The notes below the pieces were generated by a model. That model saw only the letters and a list, made by a program, of their open reading frames with translations, had not been told where the DNA came from and made no database searches. DNA of 64,000 bases from an uncultured Actinomycetota bacterium (GTDB lineage: Bacteria; Actinomycetota; Actinomycetes; S36-B12; UBA10799), in assembly GCA_963818505.1 (NCBI GenBank), contig CAWFSJ010000005.1:10149-74148 (forward strand), read 5' to 3'. The translations under genes were made by a program, and so were the position numbers. Below, piece by piece: positions 59,893 through 64,000 of the stretch; position 1 is the stretch's first letter; each line of letters opens with the position of its first letter.

Positions 59893-61463
59893 CAGGACAT
59901 CCCCATCTTCTTCATCGCGGCCAGCGATGCGGCCATGAAATGAGCCCACTGTTCATCATCCATTCCGAACTGTGGGGCGATCCGCACCAGACGCTGCACA
60001 GCGACTGTCTGCGACTCGGTGTACTTCAACAATCCCTCAGTGCCGTGACGGCGCCCGATTCCCGATGCCCCCATGCCACCCATCGGCGCGGAGGTCGTCC
60101 CCCAAGCCGATGCATATCCCTCGTTGATGTTCACGGTGCCCGCATTGAGCCTGGCGGCCACCTTGCGCCCGTGCGTGGTGTCGCGGGTGAGTACGGACGC
60201 GTTGAGGCCGTACTCGGTGTCGTTGGCGCGTTCGATGGCCTCTTCATCGTTCTGCACCTTGTAGAGGCTGACGACCGGGCCGAAGGTTTCGTTGATGCAG
60301 GCACGCATCTCTCGGGTGACCCCCTCGAGCACTGTCGGCTCGAAGAACAGCGGCCCGACATCGGGACGCGGCTTGCCGCCCACCAGAGCCGTCGCACCCT
60401 TGGAAAGAGCGTCTTCGACGTGCTCGGTCACGGTGTTCAGCTGCTTCTCGTTGATCAGGGAGCCCATGTCCGAACCCCAGCCGACTCCGGCTTGCAGGCG
60501 CATCCCGCGCACTCGCTCCACGAACCGGGCCACGAACTGGTCGTAGATCTTCTCGTTGATGTACATCCGTTCCATGGAGATGCACAACTGCCCCGAGTTG
60601 CTGAAGCACGCGCGCACCGCGATCTCCGACGCACGCTCGATGTCCGCGTCTGCCAGGACGAGCATCGCGTTCTTACCGCCCAGTTCCATAGAACAGCTGA
60701 TCAGCCGCTGCCCGCACTGCTGCGCCAACTGCCGTCCGACCGGCGTTGAACCGGTGAACATCAGATAGTCGCAGTGGTCAACGATCGCCGGGCCGATGAC
60801 TGCGCCAGGACCGACAACCACCTGCACCAGACCTTCAGGCAGGCCGGCTTCTCGCATGAGGCGAACGGCCCAAAGCGCCGTCAATGCGGTCTGGGAGTCC
60901 GGCTTGAGCACGATTGCGTTACCGGCCAACAGCGCCGGGATGGCGTCGGAAACGGCCAGTGTCAGCGGGTAGTTCCACGGCGCGATCACCCCGACCACAC
61001 CCTTGGGGTGGCGGATCTCGCTCACTGAGGTCAACACCGGCAGCACTCCGCGGTGGCGCACCGACGCGAGTTTCTTGGGCGCCACTCGTGCGTAATGGCG
61101 GGATGTGAGCAACACGTCGAGGAACTCCTCGGACGCATCAGAGCGCGCCTTGCCCGTCTCAAGTTGGATGAGGTCCAAGGTCGTCGAGCGGTGCTCGAGC
61201 ATCACATCGTGAAAGCGCAAAATGACCTTGGCGCGCTCCTTGGGGGTCCACTGGGCCCAGCGCTTCTGTGCCCGGCGCGCGGTCTCGAAGGCGAGTTCGA
61301 TGTCCTCAACAGTGCTGATCGGGATCTGCGCCAACGGCTCCAGCGTGAACGGTGCGATGGACTGCAGGGTCTCCGCCCGTGGCGAGGCCACCACTTGCGC
61401 GATCAGGCTCTTCACGTCGATTCCGGCCACTTGGGGCGCGGTCTTCTCCGCAGCGATGGTCAT
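59892..61463 (-). CDS. NAD(P)-dependent aldehyde dehydrogenase (GabD2-like succinate-semialdehyde dehydrogenase family)
   Basis: ELGGKN motif and catalytic Cys in NSGQLCIS. 523 aa. Confidence 0.92.
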   Translation of the reverse strand: MTIAAEKTAPQVAGIDVKSLIAQVVASPRAETLQSIAPFTLEPLAQIPISTVEDIELAFETARRAQKRWAQWTPKERAKVILRFHDVMLEHRSTTLDLIQLETGKARSDASEEFLDVLLTSRHYARVAPKKLASVRHRGVLPVLTSVSEIRHPKGVVGVIAPWNYPLTLAVSDAIPALLAGNAIVLKPDSQTALTALWAVRLMREAGLPEGLVQVVVGPGAVIGPAIVDHCDYLMFTGSTPVGRQLAQQCGQRLISCSMELGGKNAMLVLADADIERASEIAVRACFSNSGQLCISMERMYINEKIYDQFVARFVERVRGMRLQAGVGWGSDMGSLINEKQLNTVTEHVEDALSKGATALVGGKPRPDVGPLFFEPTVLEGVTREMRACINETFGPVVSLYKVQNDEEAIERANDTEYGLNASVLTRDTTHGRKVAARLNAGTVNINEGYASAWGTTSAPMGGMGASGIGRRHGTEGLLKYTESQTVAVQRLVRIAPQFGMDDEQWAHFMAASLAAMKKMGMS

Positions 61464-61563
61464 GGCGTCAGCCTAAACCGGTCCGGTGTTTGGCGAACCT
61501 GGAACGGTTAAACCGAGAGTGGCCGAAGATGCAGCCGTGCCCAGGCCCCCGCCAGCCGCCCGC

Positions 61564-61631
61564 GTTAGAGGTTGTGCTGTTGGTTAGCGAATCCACACGT
61601 TGTTTCGCTAACCAACAGCACAACCTCTAAC
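61564..61631. repeat. 68-bp palindromic intergenic element, copy 5 (perfect 25-bp arms, orientation as copy 3)
   Basis: GTTAGAGGTTGTGCTGTTGGTTAGC-GAATCCACACGTTGTTTC-GCTAACCAACAGCACAACCTCTAAC. Confidence 0.9.
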
Positions 61632-61637
61632 GAGCCG

Positions 61638-61650
61638 CACAACCTCTAAC
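61638..61650. repeat. orphan extra terminal arm of the palindromic element
   Basis: A second CACAACCTCTAAC lies 6 nt after the right arm of copy 5. Confidence 0.8.
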
Positions 61651-61775
61651 CGGGGGCTGCCGGGCCCCGAGCCGAAAGTCGAACGCGCGATGGTTCAGCC
61701 CCACCCCCTTGCCCGACTACCGGTGTCTTCCTCGCCCGAATCGGACGGTGAGCCGTTGTACGTTACATTGACTCA

Positions 61776-62600
61776 ATGCTTCCCGCCGCGACCTGGTTCA
61801 CTGCCGCTGCGCTGGTGACCCCTGTCGCGATCGCTGCTCTCAGCAGCGCGCCGGTGGTGGCTGACCCGTCCACCTCTGCGTCGGTGAGTGCGGATCCCTC
61901 AACGCCGCCCCCGGTTGAACCACCCCCCGTCGAGCCGAGCCCGACAGCCCCGACACCGACGCCGTCGATCACGACGACGCCCGAACTGGCCATGGAGATC
62001 CAACTCGAGGCTCTCGGCCTGCCGACGGGCAATGTGGATGGACAGGTGGATGCGCGCACTCGCCGGGCGGTCTGCGCATTTCGTGATCTGTTCGGTCTGC
62101 GCGCAACCCGCGAACTCCCCGGGCCCGCCCTGTTGTCTCAGATCGCGCAGTCCCAGGAGATCCCCCTGCTGCCAAAACGCCTGTTCGGGGTGAAGGCGCT
62201 GGTGAGCCTTACGTGTCAGGCGACGTACGTGACCAACAACAACGGCGTGGTCCTACGGGTGCTGCCTGTGAGCACCGGCAAGGACCTCGGTTACCACGCG
62301 ACGCGGACCGGCTTCAAGCGGGTCTACTGGAAGTACAACGCGTGGCAGGCCAGCACGCTCTTCCCCGAACCCGACGGTCGCCCCGGGCTCTACCGTCCCA
62401 TCTACTTCGATCGGGGAATCGCGTTCCACGGCGTGCGGCGCCCAATTCGGACCATGCCGCAATCGCACGGATGTGTTCGGACCTGGCCCAAGGATCAGGA
62501 CTGGCTGTGGAAGCAATTGAGCGTCCGCGACAGGGTCTTCGTGTACGGCAACTACTGGCGCAAGGCCACGGCATCACTGGGTGGTTACGGCCGCACCTAG
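61776..62600 (+). CDS. L,D-transpeptidase (YkuD) with peptidoglycan-binding domain
   Basis: Signal or anchor segment, a Pro-rich linker, a PG_binding_1-like segment (LEALGLPTGNVDGQVDARTRRAV), and the catalytic SHGCVR motif. Confidence 0.88.
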   Translation: MLPAATWFTAAALVTPVAIAALSSAPVVADPSTSASVSADPSTPPPVEPPPVEPSPTAPTPTPSITTTPELAMEIQLEALGLPTGNVDGQVDARTRRAVCAFRDLFGLRATRELPGPALLSQIAQSQEIPLLPKRLFGVKALVSLTCQATYVTNNNGVVLRVLPVSTGKDLGYHATRTGFKRVYWKYNAWQASTLFPEPDGRPGLYRPIYFDRGIAFHGVRRPIRTMPQSHGCVRTWPKDQDWLWKQLSVRDRVFVYGNYWRKATASLGGYGRT

Positions 62601-62603
62601 TGA

Positions 62604-63722
62604 TCAATGGGTCTGGACCATCTCCACACGTTGGAAGCTCTTCAGATCCGTGTACCCGCACAACGCGATCGAACGGCGCAGTGCGCCGACCAGGTTCATC
62701 GTCCCGTCGCTGACGTGTGAGGGTCCGAACAGGATCTCCTCCCAGGTGCCGACGGTCTCGAACTCGACCATTTCGCCGCGCGGCAGTTCCGCGTGTGTCG
62801 CCTCCATGCCCCAGTGGCGACCTGCGCCCGGAGCCTGCGAGGCCCTCGCAAGCGGCGAGCCGACCATGGCCGCGTCTGCGCCACACGCGATCGCCTTGAC
62901 GATGTCCCCGCTGCGGCCCATCGCACCGTCGGCGACCACGTGTACGTAGCGACCTCCGGACTCATCGAGATAGTCGCGCCGGGCAGCCGCCACATCGGCG
63001 ATCGCTGTGGCCATCGGCACGCGCACTCCGAGAACGTCCGCAGTCGTGTGGCTGGCCCCGCCACCGAAACCCACGAGGACCCCCGCCGCTCCGGCTCGCA
63101 TCAGGTGCAGCGCCGACTGGTAGGTCGCGACCCCGCCAACAAGGACGGGGACGTCGAGTTCGTAGATGAACTGCTTGAGGTTAAGCGGTTCGCGACCGTC
63201 GGAGACGTGCTCGGCCGAGACGGTCGTGCCCCGGATGACGAAGATGTCCACGCCGGCGGACGTGACGTCCCGGAAGTAGTCATGGGTCTTCTGCGGTGAC
63301 AATGAGCCTGCCACCGTGATTCCGGCCTCGCGCATCTGGCGAACCCGGGCGAGGATCAATTCCGGCTTGATGGGTTCTGCATACAGGCGCTGCAGGAGCG
63401 GAACAGCTTGACGCGGGTCAACCGCGGCGATCTGGGCGAAGGCATCCGAGGGGTCCTCGTAGCGGGTCCACAGGCCCTCGAGGTTGAGAACCGCGAGACC
63501 GCCCGCCTGGCCCATCTCAATCGCCGTCTGCGGCGACACGACTGAGTCCATCGGAGCAGCGAGGATGGGCAACTCGAAGCCGTATGCGTCGATCTGCCAG
63601 GCCAAGTCCACCGACTCCGGATCCCTGGTACGCCGGTGGGGCGCGACTGCCACATCGTCGAACGAGTACCCCGCCCGCGCCGACTTGGAAAGACCGATCA
63701 CTATGTCGCTCACGAGAGGCAA
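62604..63722 (-). CDS. guaB3: GuaB3-type IMP dehydrogenase-related protein
   Basis: About 372 aa and lacks a CBS insert. Motifs WQIDAYGFELPILAAPMD and GGRYVHVVADG. Adjacent to guaB, as in mycobacteria. Confidence 0.9.
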   Translation of the reverse strand: MPLVSDIVIGLSKSARAGYSFDDVAVAPHRRTRDPESVDLAWQIDAYGFELPILAAPMDSVVSPQTAIEMGQAGGLAVLNLEGLWTRYEDPSDAFAQIAAVDPRQAVPLLQRLYAEPIKPELILARVRQMREAGITVAGSLSPQKTHDYFRDVTSAGVDIFVIRGTTVSAEHVSDGREPLNLKQFIYELDVPVLVGGVATYQSALHLMRAGAAGVLVGFGGGASHTTADVLGVRVPMATAIADVAAARRDYLDESGGRYVHVVADGAMGRSGDIVKAIACGADAAMVGSPLARASQAPGAGRHWGMEATHAELPRGEMVEFETVGTWEEILFGPSHVSDGTMNLVGALRRSIALCGYTDLKSFQRVEMVQTH

Positions 63723-63779
63723 TCCTAGCGGGGCATCCTCGTGCTCGCCGGTGCGATGCCCTGCGTCGAAGCGGACCGC

Positions 63780-64000
<221 letters not shown>

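Overview
High-GC actinobacterial chromosomal segment with about 60 protein genes, tightly packed. At least seven same-strand neighbours share 4-nt ATGA/GTGA start/stop overlaps. It is dominated by core metabolism and housekeeping. Gene order repeatedly mirrors Mycobacterium-type synteny: mshA-ybjN-gpmA; tandem CIRCE plus groEL; XPB (ercc3) operon; a BMP-type nucleoside ABC importer with cdd and add; sdhCDAB; trpS; xthA-icd-mdh-DUF3017-folD-purH-purN-perM; sucCD; M23 peptidases next to pcrA/uvrD1; guaA; a sulfonate/nitrate-type ABC importer with an Rrf2 regulator; ALDH plus ChoD-like GMC oxidoreductase; an L,D-transpeptidase; guaB3-guaB. I found no rRNA, tRNA, CRISPR array, transposase or integrase. 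I do not see a complete defence-island-like novel system. The features the gene list does not explain are: (1) five dispersed copies of an exactly 68-bp near-perfect palindromic intergenic element (two inside a recent 136/141-bp tandem duplication, one with an extra orphan arm), found at both convergent and divergent gene junctions; (2) a four-gene cluster (secreted ConA-like protein, BcsB-like anchored protein, processive GT2 with D/DxD/TED/QxxRW motifs but no PilZ, GH1 beta-glucosidase) divergent from wecB, a candidate exopolysaccharide synthase; (3) a one-nucleotide frameshift in a CCC run that splits a secreted M15-like peptidase gene; (4) a DUF222-HNH gene with long non-coding flanks and a candidate 36-codon ORF; (5) several candidate RNA or operator structures. 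Function calls rest on motifs read by eye and on synteny from memory. No database search was run.
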